64,000 bases of DNA from contig JBFWJC010000001.1 in NCBI GenBank assembly GCA_050253415.1, positions 1,672,679-1,736,678 on the forward strand. Reading direction: 5' to 3'. This DNA is from Pedobacter sp. (lineage in GTDB: Bacteria > Desulfobacterota > Desulfuromonadia > Desulfuromonadales > Syntrophotaleaceae). Positions 39,617-49,716 of this stretch are shown here, in pieces (the first letter of the stretch is position 1; every line of letters starts with the position of its first letter). Under the pieces are notes generated by a model. It did not search any database. It saw only the letters and a program-made list of their open reading frames with translations, and was not told where the DNA came from. A program made the translations under genes and the position numbers.

Positions 39617-41050
39617 ATGTCTCTGAAAATTGCCACTTTGGATAATAATTGCATTACACTTTCCGATCAGCTCCTGGAAGCTTTCTTCCGACAGTTACAC
39701 GGTGTTGTGATTCGCGAGGGCGACCCGGAATATGAAAGGAGCCGACGCGTCTGGAACGGTATGATAGATCGGCATCCGGCCATGATCGTGCGTTGCGCCG
39801 GAACATCTGATGTTATGGCCACGGTTAATTTCGCTCGTGCCCATAATTTGCGGGTTTCGGTGCGCGGCGGGGGGCACAATGTTGCGGGTAAGGCCGTATG
39901 CGACCGGGGAATGGTTATCGATCTCGGTCTCATGAACAGCGTTTGGGTCGATCATGAGGTTCCATCGATTCGTGTGCAGGCCGGAGCGCGCTTGGCAGAT
40001 GTTGATGAGAAAACCAGACCGTTGGGTCTGGCTGTTCCCGTAGGAGTGGTCAGCAGGACCGGCATCGGCGGTCTTACTTTGCATGGCGGTCTTGGGTGGT
40101 TGCTCCGTCGCGATGGGTTGACGGTCGATAACCTGCTGGCCCTGGATGTGGTCACCGCAGATGGGAAACTGGTCAGGACCAGCGCCACGGAACACGCAGA
40201 CCTGTTCTGGGCGTTGCGTGGCGGCGGCGGCAATTTTGGTGTGGTGACCTCCTTCGAATATCGATTGCGCCCCATCGCATCGAAGGTCTGGTTTGCCGCT
40301 GTTCTCTATCCCTATACCCATGCACAGGAAGCCATTACTTTTTGGCGGGATTTTATGGCGACTGCTCCCGAGGAATTGAGTTCCTTCTGTGTATTGCGCG
40401 GACGGCCTATGCAGGCAGCCGGTCAGAAAATACCGCGGCAACCGGTGGTGGCCTTTCTGGCCTGTTATTCAGGGCCATTTGAGCAGGGAGAGGAAGCGAT
40501 CCGTCCCTTGCGGGAATGGTCGACCCCGATTGCCGATTTTTCAGGACCGAAGGATTTCCATCTTCAGGTGCAGCGGCTTTTTGATAAGGATTATCCGGAA
40601 GGGCGTTGTTATTACTGGGACTCCCTGTTTTTTGATGACCTTGATGCCTCCACTATTAAACACATTACCGAGCTCGCCGAACATAGCGCTTCCCCTTTGT
40701 CCTCGGTGAATATCTGGGCATTGGGCGGTGCCATGAATCATGTAGCAGCATCCGAAACCGCTTTCGGTAAACGAGACTGTAAATTTATGATGGCGGTGGA
40801 AGCCAACTGGGAGAATGCCAAAGATGCCCCGGCCAATATGGCGTGGGCGGCTGGTTTGATCGATGCTTTACGACCTGTGTCGCGGGCTGGAGTTTACCTG
40901 AATTTCCCGGGTGCCGCTGCTGGTGAAAGCCACCTGGTAAAAGGTTCCTATGATGGTAACTTTGCAAAACTGCAGGAGATCAAGAAGCGTTACGATCCGG
41001 ATAACATGTGGCGGGGGAATTTTAATATTCTTCCCGAGTGTGATGCGTAA
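39617..41050 (+). CDS. FAD-linked oxidoreductase (VAO/berberine-bridge family)
   Basis: VRGGGHN covalent FAD motif, GLTLHGGLG, DLFWALRGGGGNFGVVT, YLNF, KKRYDPDN. Confidence 0.9.
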   Translation: MSLKIATLDNNCITLSDQLLEAFFRQLHGVVIREGDPEYERSRRVWNGMIDRHPAMIVRCAGTSDVMATVNFARAHNLRVSVRGGGHNVAGKAVCDRGMVIDLGLMNSVWVDHEVPSIRVQAGARLADVDEKTRPLGLAVPVGVVSRTGIGGLTLHGGLGWLLRRDGLTVDNLLALDVVTADGKLVRTSATEHADLFWALRGGGGNFGVVTSFEYRLRPIASKVWFAAVLYPYTHAQEAITFWRDFMATAPEELSSFCVLRGRPMQAAGQKIPRQPVVAFLACYSGPFEQGEEAIRPLREWSTPIADFSGPKDFHLQVQRLFDKDYPEGRCYYWDSLFFDDLDASTIKHITELAEHSASPLSSVNIWALGGAMNHVAASETAFGKRDCKFMMAVEANWENAKDAPANMAWAAGLIDALRPVSRAGVYLNFPGAAAGESHLVKGSYDGNFAKLQEIKKRYDPDNMWRGNFNILPECDA

Positions 41051-41103
41051 GCGGGAGATGTAAAACCAGCCCATCCGAAAGACACACTTCGGAAAAACGT
41101 GTA

Positions 41104-41226
41104 TTCACCGCAGAGGCCGCTGACACCACAGAGAAAAACAAAAAAGGCGGCGTTGGGTAAAAAAATACTTTTCAGCGGAAAATATCTCCGGGGTTACTTG
41201 GCGCTCTTCGCGAACTCTGCGGTAAA
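41104..41226. repeat. Intergenic inverted-repeat element (TTCACCGCAGAG...CTCTGCGGTAAA)
   Basis: 12-bp near-perfect terminal inverted repeat plus an internal CACCACAGAG sub-repeat; related copy at 18638-18704. Confidence 0.55.
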
Positions 41227-41266
41227 CGATTTTGGACGTTTAACCCGAGGATTTTATATTGAAACG

Positions 41267-41302
41267 AAAGGGGGGCACCGGCGTATGGCCGGTGCCCCCC
41301 CT
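41267..41302. terminator. Terminator between the convergent oxidoreductase and ettA genes
   Basis: GGGGGGCACCGG...CCGGTGCCCCCC stem. Confidence 0.75.
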
Positions 41303-41328
41303 GTTGTTATTGATACATGGCTCACGCC

Positions 41329-43014
41329 TCAGGCGCGGGTCAGCTGGCGGTATTTGATGCGGTGCGGTTGATCGGCGGCGGCACCGAGGCGCTTGCGGCG
41401 GTCCTCTTCGTACTCGGACCAGTTACCTTCGAACCAGACGGCCTGACTGTCCCCCTCAAAAGCGAGGATATGGGTTGCGATACGGTCGAGGAACCAACGG
41501 TCATGGCTGATGACCACCGCGCATCCAGCGTAGTTTTCCAGTGCTTCTTCCAGGGCGCGCATGGTGTTCACGTCCAGGTCGTTGGTCGGTTCGTCAAGCA
41601 GCAGCACGTTGGATTCGCTCCGTAGCATTTTGGCCAGGTGCACACGGTTGCGTTCGCCACCGGAAAGTACACCGACTTTTTTCTGTTGCTGGTCGCCGTT
41701 GAAGTTGAAGCGCGACACGTAGGCTCGGCTGTTCATGGTACGGTTGCCCAGTTCGATGATTTCCTGCCCGCCTGTGATCTCTTCCCAGATGTTTTTTTCC
41801 GGATCGAGGGCTTCGCGACTCTGGTCGACGTAAGCCAGCTTGACCGTGTCGCCCAGGCGAATGGTGCCGCTATCGGGTTGTTCCTGTCCGGTAATCATAC
41901 GGAACAGGGTGGTTTTACCGGCGCCGTTGGGGCCGATGATGCCAACGATACCGCCCGGCGGCAGGCGGAAACTCATGCCCTCGACCAGCAGGCGATCGCC
42001 GTAGCCCTTGCCGACATTATCGGCCTCGATAACGATATCGCCCAGCCGCGGTCCCGGCGGGATGAACAATTCCATCTCCCGCTCTTTTTCCTGAACCTGC
42101 TGACCCAGCAATTTTTCGTAGGAGGTGATGCGCGCCTGGCCCTTTGCATGACGGCCTTTGGGCGACATGCGGATCCACTCCAGTTCTCGCTGCAGGGTTT
42201 TCTGGCGAGCGCTTTCCTGCTTTTCATCCTGGCGCAGGCGCTCCTGTTTTTGCTCCAACCACGAGGAGTAATTTCCCTTCCAGGGGATGCCGTGGCCACG
42301 GTCCAGTTCCAGAATCCACCCGGCCACGTTATCCAGGAAATAACGGTCATGGGTCACGGCGATAACGGTGCCGGCATAGCGCTGAAGATGATGCTCCAAC
42401 CAGGCCACGGTTTCTGCGTCGAGGTGGTTGGTCGGTTCATCCAGCAACAGAATATCCGGTTTTTTCAGCAGCAGACGACACAGGGCGACGCGGCGTTTTT
42501 CACCGCCGGACAGCACATCGACCACAGTCTCGCCGGGAGGGCAGCGTAATGCATCCATGGCCTGCTCAAGGCGGCTGTCGAGGTCCCAGGCATCGAGATG
42601 ATCGAGTTTTTCCTGCACTTCGCCCTGACGTGCAATGAGGTCGTTCATTTCATCGTCCGACATCGGTTCGGCGAACTTCATATTGATGTCGTTGAATTCG
42701 TTGACCAGATCAACGGTTTCCTGCACCCCTTCCTCGACGATCTGGCGAACGGTTTTACCCGCCTCCAGTTCCGGTTCCTGCTCGAGATATCCGACCGTAT
42801 AACCGGCGGAGAGGATGGTTTCGCCCTGGAAATCCTTATCGACGCCAGCCAGAATGCGCAGCAGGGAACTCTTTCCCGAGCCGTTCAGACCCAGTACGCC
42901 GATCTTGGCGCCGTAAAAATAGGATAGGGAAATGTCCTTGAGAATCGGTTTTTTGTTGTGGTGTTTGCTCACCCGCATCATCGAATAGATGACTTTGCGG
43001 CCGTCGTCGCTCAT
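41329..43014 (-). CDS. ettA: Energy-dependent translational throttle protein EttA (ABC-F)
   Basis: GAKIGVLGLNGSGKS, two ABC domains (LSGGEKRR, LSGGERNR), RGHGIPWKGNYSSWLEQK, PHRIKYRQL C-terminus. Confidence 0.95.
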   Translation of the reverse strand: MSDDGRKVIYSMMRVSKHHNKKPILKDISLSYFYGAKIGVLGLNGSGKSSLLRILAGVDKDFQGETILSAGYTVGYLEQEPELEAGKTVRQIVEEGVQETVDLVNEFNDINMKFAEPMSDDEMNDLIARQGEVQEKLDHLDAWDLDSRLEQAMDALRCPPGETVVDVLSGGEKRRVALCRLLLKKPDILLLDEPTNHLDAETVAWLEHHLQRYAGTVIAVTHDRYFLDNVAGWILELDRGHGIPWKGNYSSWLEQKQERLRQDEKQESARQKTLQRELEWIRMSPKGRHAKGQARITSYEKLLGQQVQEKEREMELFIPPGPRLGDIVIEADNVGKGYGDRLLVEGMSFRLPPGGIVGIIGPNGAGKTTLFRMITGQEQPDSGTIRLGDTVKLAYVDQSREALDPEKNIWEEITGGQEIIELGNRTMNSRAYVSRFNFNGDQQQKKVGVLSGGERNRVHLAKMLRSESNVLLLDEPTNDLDVNTMRALEEALENYAGCAVVISHDRWFLDRIATHILAFEGDSQAVWFEGNWSEYEEDRRKRLGAAADQPHRIKYRQLTRA

Positions 43015-43282
43015 GAAAAATTCTCCTGCCAGGGGGATCGGATCTTTGAAGTCTTACGAGGGAAGGGGGAAATCGAAAAACGATTTGCCGCTTATGTCGT
43101 ACTTGTATTCCGTAGTCCGATAGCCTCTTTTGATGTTTAATGGGTAATCAGCGGTATGTACTTATAATCTCTGTGAAATCTCAGGTAGCATCGCGGCTCC
43201 ATCCGTGCAGCGTAGGGGCCGCGGTTTCAAGATGCTTGGGAGATGATGGTAAACCATGCCTTCACACGGAGGTGCAATAAAT

Positions 43283-43402
43283 CTAATCGGCTTTTCTCTG
43301 AATAGCCTCACCAGCTTTTTCAATATCCTTGCCCAGACCCGAAAAGGTATTGCAGGCGCTCAGTGCCATGGTCAGTAACAGCAGTACAACCAGTTTTTTC
43401 AT
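43283..43402 (-). CDS. Entericidin A/B family lipoprotein (39 aa, absent from the ORF track)
   Basis: Manual translation MKKLVVLLLLTMALSACNTFSGLGKDIEKAGEAIQRKAD: lipobox LSAC followed by NTxxGxGKDI; GGAGG RBS. Confidence 0.88.
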   Translation of the reverse strand: MKKLVVLLLLTMALSACNTFSGLGKDIEKAGEAIQRKAD

Positions 43403-43639
43403 AGTTTCCTCCCTCAATGGACAGGTGGCTTAAGTTTCCTGGCCGCAGCACGGCCTTGTTTTGCTGAGAGGATAGGTCGAGAACCACCTAAATTTCAACA
43501 CAAAAATGAAAATTGGAAGTTGCCGTAGATAGCTTGTTGAAGAACATCTTCCAGTGGATACACTTCGTACAAGGGTATTTGGCCATGGCGGCTTTCCCTT
43601 TGTTCGCAAACGAGAAGCACTATCCATGGAGGTTATGTC

Positions 43640-44050
43640 ATGTCCGATAGGTTAAACGGTTCCTGCGCATGTGGCCTGGTAAAGTTTGTACTCGTGGAAG
43701 CCAAGCGCAATATCATTAATTGCCATTGCCACACTTGCCGAAAACTCAACGGCGGGGCGTTTTCGTCCTATGTCGCGGTAGCAGACGATAATTTTCAATT
43801 GCACGAAGGGCAGGATGTTCTGACAAAATATGTGGTAACGGAAAATGTCGATAAGCACTTCTGCCGGGTATGCGGCACGCCCATTTATAACAAGAATAGA
43901 AAATATCCCGGATTGACCATTATCCCTCTGGGCGCATTGGATGAGGTTGGCCAAATGCGGCCGACAGTCAATATTTTCTGCGACAGCAAATTACCATGGG
44001 TGGCCATGCAAGAGGGCACCACGGATTATCCTCAAGGCATGTCGGATTGA
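43640..44050 (+). CDS. GFA family (CENP-V/Mss4-like) zinc protein
   Basis: GSCACG, CHCHTCRK, HFCRVCGTP, IFCDSKLPW. Confidence 0.88.
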   Translation: MSDRLNGSCACGLVKFVLVEAKRNIINCHCHTCRKLNGGAFSSYVAVADDNFQLHEGQDVLTKYVVTENVDKHFCRVCGTPIYNKNRKYPGLTIIPLGALDEVGQMRPTVNIFCDSKLPWVAMQEGTTDYPQGMSD

Positions 44051-44067
44051 TCTGGCAGGTATTTCCT

Positions 44068-46143
44068 TCAAAACCAGAGGTTGCGGCTCAGTTCGCGGCT
44101 CCAGGCGATTTCCGCACTTAGCTCTTCGGGAGTTGCAAAGCCCAGTCGCCTGGAAAGATAGAGGTAATCGGGCGACTCAGGGGAGGGCAGGGTAAGATCC
44201 TTGGCATTGCCGCGTACTGCCCGCAAAGCGTCGATGGTGCGGCGAAAACAACGGTATGCACGGCGCAGGTCGTTGGCTCGCTGCGGGGTTATCCAGCCGG
44301 CGGCTTCGAGCCGTTTGAGCCCCTGCATGGCGTTGGGAACCCGCATATCCGGGTCAGCGGCGCCGTGTTCTATGAGTTGGGCCTGAAGAAAATATTCAAT
44401 ATCCACCAGTCCGCCTTCACTGAGTTTGAGATTGATCATGCCGCTGTCGACCAGTTCCGCGTCCTGTCGTTTCCGCAAATGCAACAGGTTGGCATAGTCG
44501 ATGGGGCGCTCGGAAAAGACGAAAGCATCACGGGCTTCCATGATCTGAGCCAGTAAGTTTGCATCGCCGGCGACGGGGCGCAGTTTAACCATGGCCAGTC
44601 GTTCAAACTGTTCAGCCTGGCTGTCGATCGCATAGTAGTTTTTAAAGGCTGGCAGTGAACTGGCCAGAGTGCCTTTGTTGCCAAACGGCCTCAGGCGCAG
44701 GTCAATTTCGAAAATACCTTCCTTGCGGGATTTGAGAGCCTTGAGGAAAATCCGAACGAATTCTTCGAAATAGCGGCTGTTTTCTACGGAGCGCAGTCCG
44801 TCTGTAGCTCCCTGTCCCTGGTAGATAAAGAGGAGTTCCAGGTCCGAGGCAAAGCCCATTTCCGAACCGCCGTATTTGCCCGCAGCAAGAATGCCCCATT
44901 TGCATCGCTGTCCGTTTATCTTTGGCTGACCGAAGCGGGAGGTGGCTTCCGCATGACAGATCTCGGCAGTTTGCGTCACGATGACGTCGGTCAGGGTTGT
45001 CAACTCGCGCGCAAACGCGACGTCCCCGATGGTGCGGGTGATATGGCGTAAATCGATGCGGAACATCTCCCGATCTTTGAAATCGTTGAGGATTTTTATC
45101 TTGTGCTCGTGGTTTTGCGCAGGTTCCAGTTCTTTACGCAACATGTCGGTCCATTGATGGCGATCGAGGTTTTTCTCGATTTCGGCGCGGTTGCGTATCA
45201 GTGGGAAGAGGTTTTCGTGCTGCATGCGCAGGAAATCCTCCCACAAAAAACGACTGACCCCCATCAGGCTGGCAAGGGTCTGCATGGTCTGCGTCGACTG
45301 GATGCTGGTAAAATCCGCTGCCCGCTGGGGATCTTCCAGGAGGCGCGAGGCGAGATCCCGAAACTGCCTGATGGCCTGTCCCGGGTTCGGACAATGGGGT
45401 AGCAGATAGGCGAATTGCTTGATCAGGGCGCAGGCAAAGCGCAGTTCCTGCAATTTGTCTTTATCGACGATTTTGCGGCCGTGCAGATCCCGGATCCAGA
45501 AGGTGTCGTGAACGTCGCTGCCTTCAGTCCTTATACGGGCCTGCTGGATATTGATTTCCAGAAGGGCCAGGGCATTGGCAAAGGCGAACAGAAACCCGGG
45601 GATGTCCTGGGAGGTGATACGCACTACCGTGTCCGTATCGGATACGGTATTGTCGATGGCGATATTCACCGGCAGCAGTTGTTCTCCCGATGGTGCGGTG
45701 GTTTCAATGGCCTTGGCCACAACGTCGATAAGTTTATCGCGGACGGCATCGATACCATTTTTGGCCATCTCCCGATTGGTGGCTGTCAATTCATCGAACA
45801 GCGCGGAAAGCTTGCACTCCGGATCTTGTGCATCGGCCAGGTTTACGGTGAAGATATCCATGATTCTGGATAGTTTCGGCATTGCTGCCGGTACTCCGGT
45901 TTTGAGTAACGATTCAGGTGCGGCCCATATGTCGGCGCTCATGATGTTGGCGCCATAGGCGGTCAGAAGACCCGCAACCACCGATAACAGGCCTTCTTTG
46001 TCTGTGGTTGCCAAGGCTATTTTCCAGACCTCCGGGGAGATTCTTTCTTTATGCAGACACATATCGTCTGGAGCTGTTACCTGATCCAGCATGGGGCTTA
46101 ACTTTTCAAAAACATCGATGTTCTGCGACAAATACAATGTCAT
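44068..46143 (-). CDS. GlnE-type nucleotidyltransferase with two N-terminal GlnD-like ACT domains
   Basis: DKEGLLSVVAGLL and DIPGFLFAFANAL ACT motifs; GKYGGSEMGFASDLEL, EIDLRLRPFG, NLKLSEGGLVDIEY; start uncertain (46143 or 46149). Confidence 0.8.
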   Translation of the reverse strand: MTLYLSQNIDVFEKLSPMLDQVTAPDDMCLHKERISPEVWKIALATTDKEGLLSVVAGLLTAYGANIMSADIWAAPESLLKTGVPAAMPKLSRIMDIFTVNLADAQDPECKLSALFDELTATNREMAKNGIDAVRDKLIDVVAKAIETTAPSGEQLLPVNIAIDNTVSDTDTVVRITSQDIPGFLFAFANALALLEINIQQARIRTEGSDVHDTFWIRDLHGRKIVDKDKLQELRFACALIKQFAYLLPHCPNPGQAIRQFRDLASRLLEDPQRAADFTSIQSTQTMQTLASLMGVSRFLWEDFLRMQHENLFPLIRNRAEIEKNLDRHQWTDMLRKELEPAQNHEHKIKILNDFKDREMFRIDLRHITRTIGDVAFARELTTLTDVIVTQTAEICHAEATSRFGQPKINGQRCKWGILAAGKYGGSEMGFASDLELLFIYQGQGATDGLRSVENSRYFEEFVRIFLKALKSRKEGIFEIDLRLRPFGNKGTLASSLPAFKNYYAIDSQAEQFERLAMVKLRPVAGDANLLAQIMEARDAFVFSERPIDYANLLHLRKRQDAELVDSGMINLKLSEGGLVDIEYFLQAQLIEHGAADPDMRVPNAMQGLKRLEAAGWITPQRANDLRRAYRCFRRTIDALRAVRGNAKDLTLPSPESPDYLYLSRRLGFATPEELSAEIAWSRELSRNLWF

Positions 46144-46283
46144 CCTCATTCCTTTTGGCCTGGCAGTGGGTACACTCCAGGCTGTCATCGCCGTTAGCGA
46201 AAGATCAACAGTATCGCGATGTTCGTTTAAGGACTACTATACCAGTATTAAATTCTCAAGAAAACTTACCCGGAGGTTTTTTC

Positions 46284-47057
46284 ATGGAAGAGCATTTTGA
46301 AGGCCGCGTGGCTCTGGTCACCGGCGGTGCACAAGGTATCGGCAAGCGGGTTACCTGTGCCTTGCTGGCAGCAGGCATGCGGGTGGCCGTGGCCGATCGG
46401 GATGCTGAAGCTTGTCGGCAGATTATGCAGGAACATGCCGACAGCAATTGTATCAGTACTTTTCCCATTGATGTGGCAGATGAAGCGGCAGTTGCCGCTA
46501 TGATCGCCAGAATTATGGAACACTTCGGCCGACTGGATGCCTTGATCAACAATGCCGGGCATGGTCTCCCTCACCCCGTACCTCTGGAGACGCTGACTCT
46601 GGAGGATTGGAACAGGGTGCTTGGGACCAATCTGACCGGCACCTTTCTTTGCAGTAAACACGCGGTCACTGCTTTACGCCGAAGCAGGGGCGCCATCGTC
46701 AACATCGCTTCGACCCGCGCTCTGCAATCCGAGCCAAACGGTGAAGCTTATGCTGCGAGCAAAGGGGGCGTTGTCGCTTTGACCCACGCCATGGCCAACA
46801 GTCTTGGACCGGAGGTTCGTGTCAATTGTATCAGCCCCGGTTGGATTGCCGTCGACGAATGGCAAAAGTCCGGCAAGTGCAAAACGCCCGAGTTGCGCCC
46901 CGAAGATCACGCCCAGCATCCGGTGGGCCGTGTCGGACAACCTGGAGATATTGCCGAAATGGTAGTTTTTTTGATCTCGGCCCGCGCCGGTTTCATCACC
47001 GGACAGAATTTTATCGTCGATGGTGGCATGACCCGAAAGATGATTTACGCTGAATAG
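46284..47057 (+). CDS. SDR family oxidoreductase
   Basis: VTGGAQGIG, NNAG, YAASKGG, VNCISPG, ITGQNFIVDGG; GGAGG RBS. Confidence 0.92.
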   Translation: MEEHFEGRVALVTGGAQGIGKRVTCALLAAGMRVAVADRDAEACRQIMQEHADSNCISTFPIDVADEAAVAAMIARIMEHFGRLDALINNAGHGLPHPVPLETLTLEDWNRVLGTNLTGTFLCSKHAVTALRRSRGAIVNIASTRALQSEPNGEAYAASKGGVVALTHAMANSLGPEVRVNCISPGWIAVDEWQKSGKCKTPELRPEDHAQHPVGRVGQPGDIAEMVVFLISARAGFITGQNFIVDGGMTRKMIYAE

Positions 47058-47081
47058 ATTACCCCACGCAGGCCACCGGCA

Positions 47082-47936
47082 TCAGTCGTAATTCTGTTTG
47101 GGTATTCCCGCCTCACAGGGCGTGCCCGTCTGGCAGAGACCGCAACCCGGCGCTTGGATGCCATACTGCTCCACAAAAGCTTTGTTGATGGTTTTGTAGG
47201 CGTAGTTCAGACATTTATTTTTATCGTGGCCTTGCGTTGAAAAGGCACCCACGGGACACCGGTCAATGCATTTTCCGCAATGGCCTTCCCGGAAAAACAA
47301 GCAATAACTCCTGGGTGTGTCATACGGACGTGGGGTAGGCGGCAGATCGAGATCGGTAATGATGCTGCCGCAGCGATGCGCCATGCCCTTGGAAGTGATC
47401 AGGCCACCATTGAGGCTGAAGGTGCCCAAGCCGGCTGCATAGGCTGCGTGGCGCTCCGACCATGTAGAGGCCAGGCCTGCAACGGGATCATCGACCTGTT
47501 TAAAGATTTCGGAAAGAAGCGGCGAGATAGCCTGGCAGTCTCTGGATATGAGATAGCTGGTAAGGTGGCGGCGCAACAGATTGTTGAAGGTCTCGCCATG
47601 GTCCCTTGTAAGCGCCCACTCCAGAGAAGGTATCTTTGTTTGCTGTCGGTTGCTTAGCCGGGTCGTTTCGCTGATGGGTAACACCCAGCAGATAACCGAT
47701 CCACCGAAAGAGAGGTCGGGTCCCCAGTATTGTTGCATGATTTCACCGGGAGTGAGGTGAAAGTCACCGATAATGCGTTTGTAGTCGGTAAAAAGAGGGT
47801 CGTTGGCGCGGGCAAAGCCAATAATCGGCGCCTCGAAAAAAGGCATCTCCGTGCCCGGAAAACGGTTGGCCGGGTTTTTAAGGACAAATTGGCGAATTTC
47901 ATGAAGGATAAGCTCTTCCAAGGGAGTCCTCGCCAT
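47082..47936 (-). CDS. Epoxyqueuosine reductase-like 4Fe-4S protein
   Basis: WSERHAAYAAGLGTFS, CGKCIDRCPVGA, CGLCQTGTPC. Confidence 0.75.
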   Translation of the reverse strand: MARTPLEELILHEIRQFVLKNPANRFPGTEMPFFEAPIIGFARANDPLFTDYKRIIGDFHLTPGEIMQQYWGPDLSFGGSVICWVLPISETTRLSNRQQTKIPSLEWALTRDHGETFNNLLRRHLTSYLISRDCQAISPLLSEIFKQVDDPVAGLASTWSERHAAYAAGLGTFSLNGGLITSKGMAHRCGSIITDLDLPPTPRPYDTPRSYCLFFREGHCGKCIDRCPVGAFSTQGHDKNKCLNYAYKTINKAFVEQYGIQAPGCGLCQTGTPCEAGIPKQNYD

Positions 47937-48137
47937 GGTTGGAGGCTATGTAACCGATGGTAATCACACTGCACCAGTGAACTGTAACAATCATACCTTC
48001 GCAACCGGAACGCGTCACCCTATAAATTGATTTCTTCGGGCGGTGGGCGGGAGCGCCTGTTTAACGGGTTATTTGACTTTTAATGAGTTATACTGTCCTC
48101 GTTAGGTGAACAACGAATCGATTTTGAAAGGGATCCC

Positions 48138-48350
48138 ATGAAAAGAATCCTGGTGTTTTTACTCGGGGTTATAGCGGTGATCTATCTGCTTAACCCCGGA
48201 GCTGGTCTTTTTGAATTGTTGCCGGACAATCTGCCGTTTATCGGCAATCTGGATGAAGCGGCTGCTGTCGGGTTGCTGCTCATGTGCCTGAAATATTTCG
48301 GTTTCGACCTGGCGGATATCTTTCGCAGGGATAAGAAGTCAGGCAAATAA
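48138..48350 (+). CDS. DUF1232 (YkvA-like) small membrane protein
   Basis: YLLNPGAGLFELLPDNLPFIGNLDE. Confidence 0.8.
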   Translation: MKRILVFLLGVIAVIYLLNPGAGLFELLPDNLPFIGNLDEAAAVGLLLMCLKYFGFDLADIFRRDKKSGK

Positions 48351-48469
48351 GCCGAAATGCGTTCAAAGTCGCTTAAGCTGCTAAAAAATAACTGACCCGG
48401 CTATAGTTTTTGTATACGATGTGTCGTATACGTTTTATTCGAGTGCATGAAAACTAGGAGGCGACCACC

Positions 48470-49516
48470 ATGATGAGACCCATTGAGACATCCTTCACCA
48501 AGATTCTGTCCCTGTCCAGTGATGAGGCGCTAAAACGGCGCTTCATGATCCTTGACGAACTGATCCAGGCCAATATGCGATTCGGATTGTTGTTGGAGGT
48601 TCTGGATAAAGTGGCGGAAGAAGCCGCTCTGTGTTACGTCAACCGCTTCTTTCCCGATGCCCGGGTGGTCACGGCAGCCATCGACAATATCGTTGTCCGG
48701 CATGTCACCGATATGTCGAAAGATGTACATTTCAAAGCACGCATCAATCATGTAGGTCGTTCTTCACTTGAAATCGGTATTCGCGTTGAGCAACCCGGGG
48801 GGCCGGTAAGGCATATCGCGTCCTGCTATTTCACCATGGTCGCCCGCTCCGGTGTCGGGGAGGGAGCCACCAGTGTCGTACTGCCCGGTTTGGAATATAC
48901 CGAAGAAATTGAGAAGCAACGTGCCGCCAAAGCCTTGCACCGGCGCGAGGAATACAAACAGCAGCAGGCACTGCTGCGCGAACCCCCCAGCCGGGAAGAG
49001 TTTGAAATGCTGACCGGACTGCATGCTGCGCAGGATGAGCCCGGGTTCAACGGCCTGCTGACCGGTAACCTCACTGCGGATGCCTGGGAACGGATGTACC
49101 CGGAGCAGGAAAACGTGCCCAAGAAGATTTTCGGGGGATACCTGATTCGACGTGCTTACGAGCTGTCGTCCATCTGCTCCGAGCAGGTGGCACCCAACCG
49201 CCCCATCGCGGCGGCGGTCAACCGGATCAACTTTTTTCACCCGGTGCGCATGGGAGACACACTCCATTACACTTCGCGCGTAGTGTATACCAGCGGCAGT
49301 TTCATCTGTGTGGAAGCCAATATCGAACGCATCAGCCGTGACCGGACCACGAAGGCTATGTCCAACTCCTGTCTGTTCACCTTCGTGAATGTCGATGCTG
49401 AATTACAACAGCAGCCGGTGCCTGTTGTCTACCCGACCAATTACGGGGAGGATGCCCGCTATCTTGCGGCGCATCGCAGTTGTCAAAACTTGATGAAGGA
49501 TCGTCAGCTGATTTGA
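48470..49516 (+). CDS. Double hotdog-fold acyl-CoA thioesterase
   Basis: VVTAAID, VGRSSLEIGIRV, KIFGGYLIRRAYEL, FFHPVRMGD. Confidence 0.85.
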   Translation: MMRPIETSFTKILSLSSDEALKRRFMILDELIQANMRFGLLLEVLDKVAEEAALCYVNRFFPDARVVTAAIDNIVVRHVTDMSKDVHFKARINHVGRSSLEIGIRVEQPGGPVRHIASCYFTMVARSGVGEGATSVVLPGLEYTEEIEKQRAAKALHRREEYKQQQALLREPPSREEFEMLTGLHAAQDEPGFNGLLTGNLTADAWERMYPEQENVPKKIFGGYLIRRAYELSSICSEQVAPNRPIAAAVNRINFFHPVRMGDTLHYTSRVVYTSGSFICVEANIERISRDRTTKAMSNSCLFTFVNVDAELQQQPVPVVYPTNYGEDARYLAAHRSCQNLMKDRQLI

Positions 49517-49558
49517 TGTAACGGTAACGGCAAGTGTTATTGTAAGACTGATTTTTTT

Positions 49559-49592
49559 ACTAAAAAAGCCCGTTAGAACGGGCTTTTTTAGT
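49559..49592. terminator. Bidirectional intrinsic terminator
   Basis: ACTAAAAAAGCCCGTT-ag-AACGGGCTTTTTTAGT. Confidence 0.85.
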
Positions 49593-49716
49593 ATGTGTTG
49601 ATTAGCTTGACAGCGCATGGGATCCATGTGAATCGCCCCATGCTAAATTATCTTCCGCAGTTAGAATTCCATTCCTTTGCTGCATTTTGGTGAAGTACAA
49701 ATTTGAGCCCAGGAAA

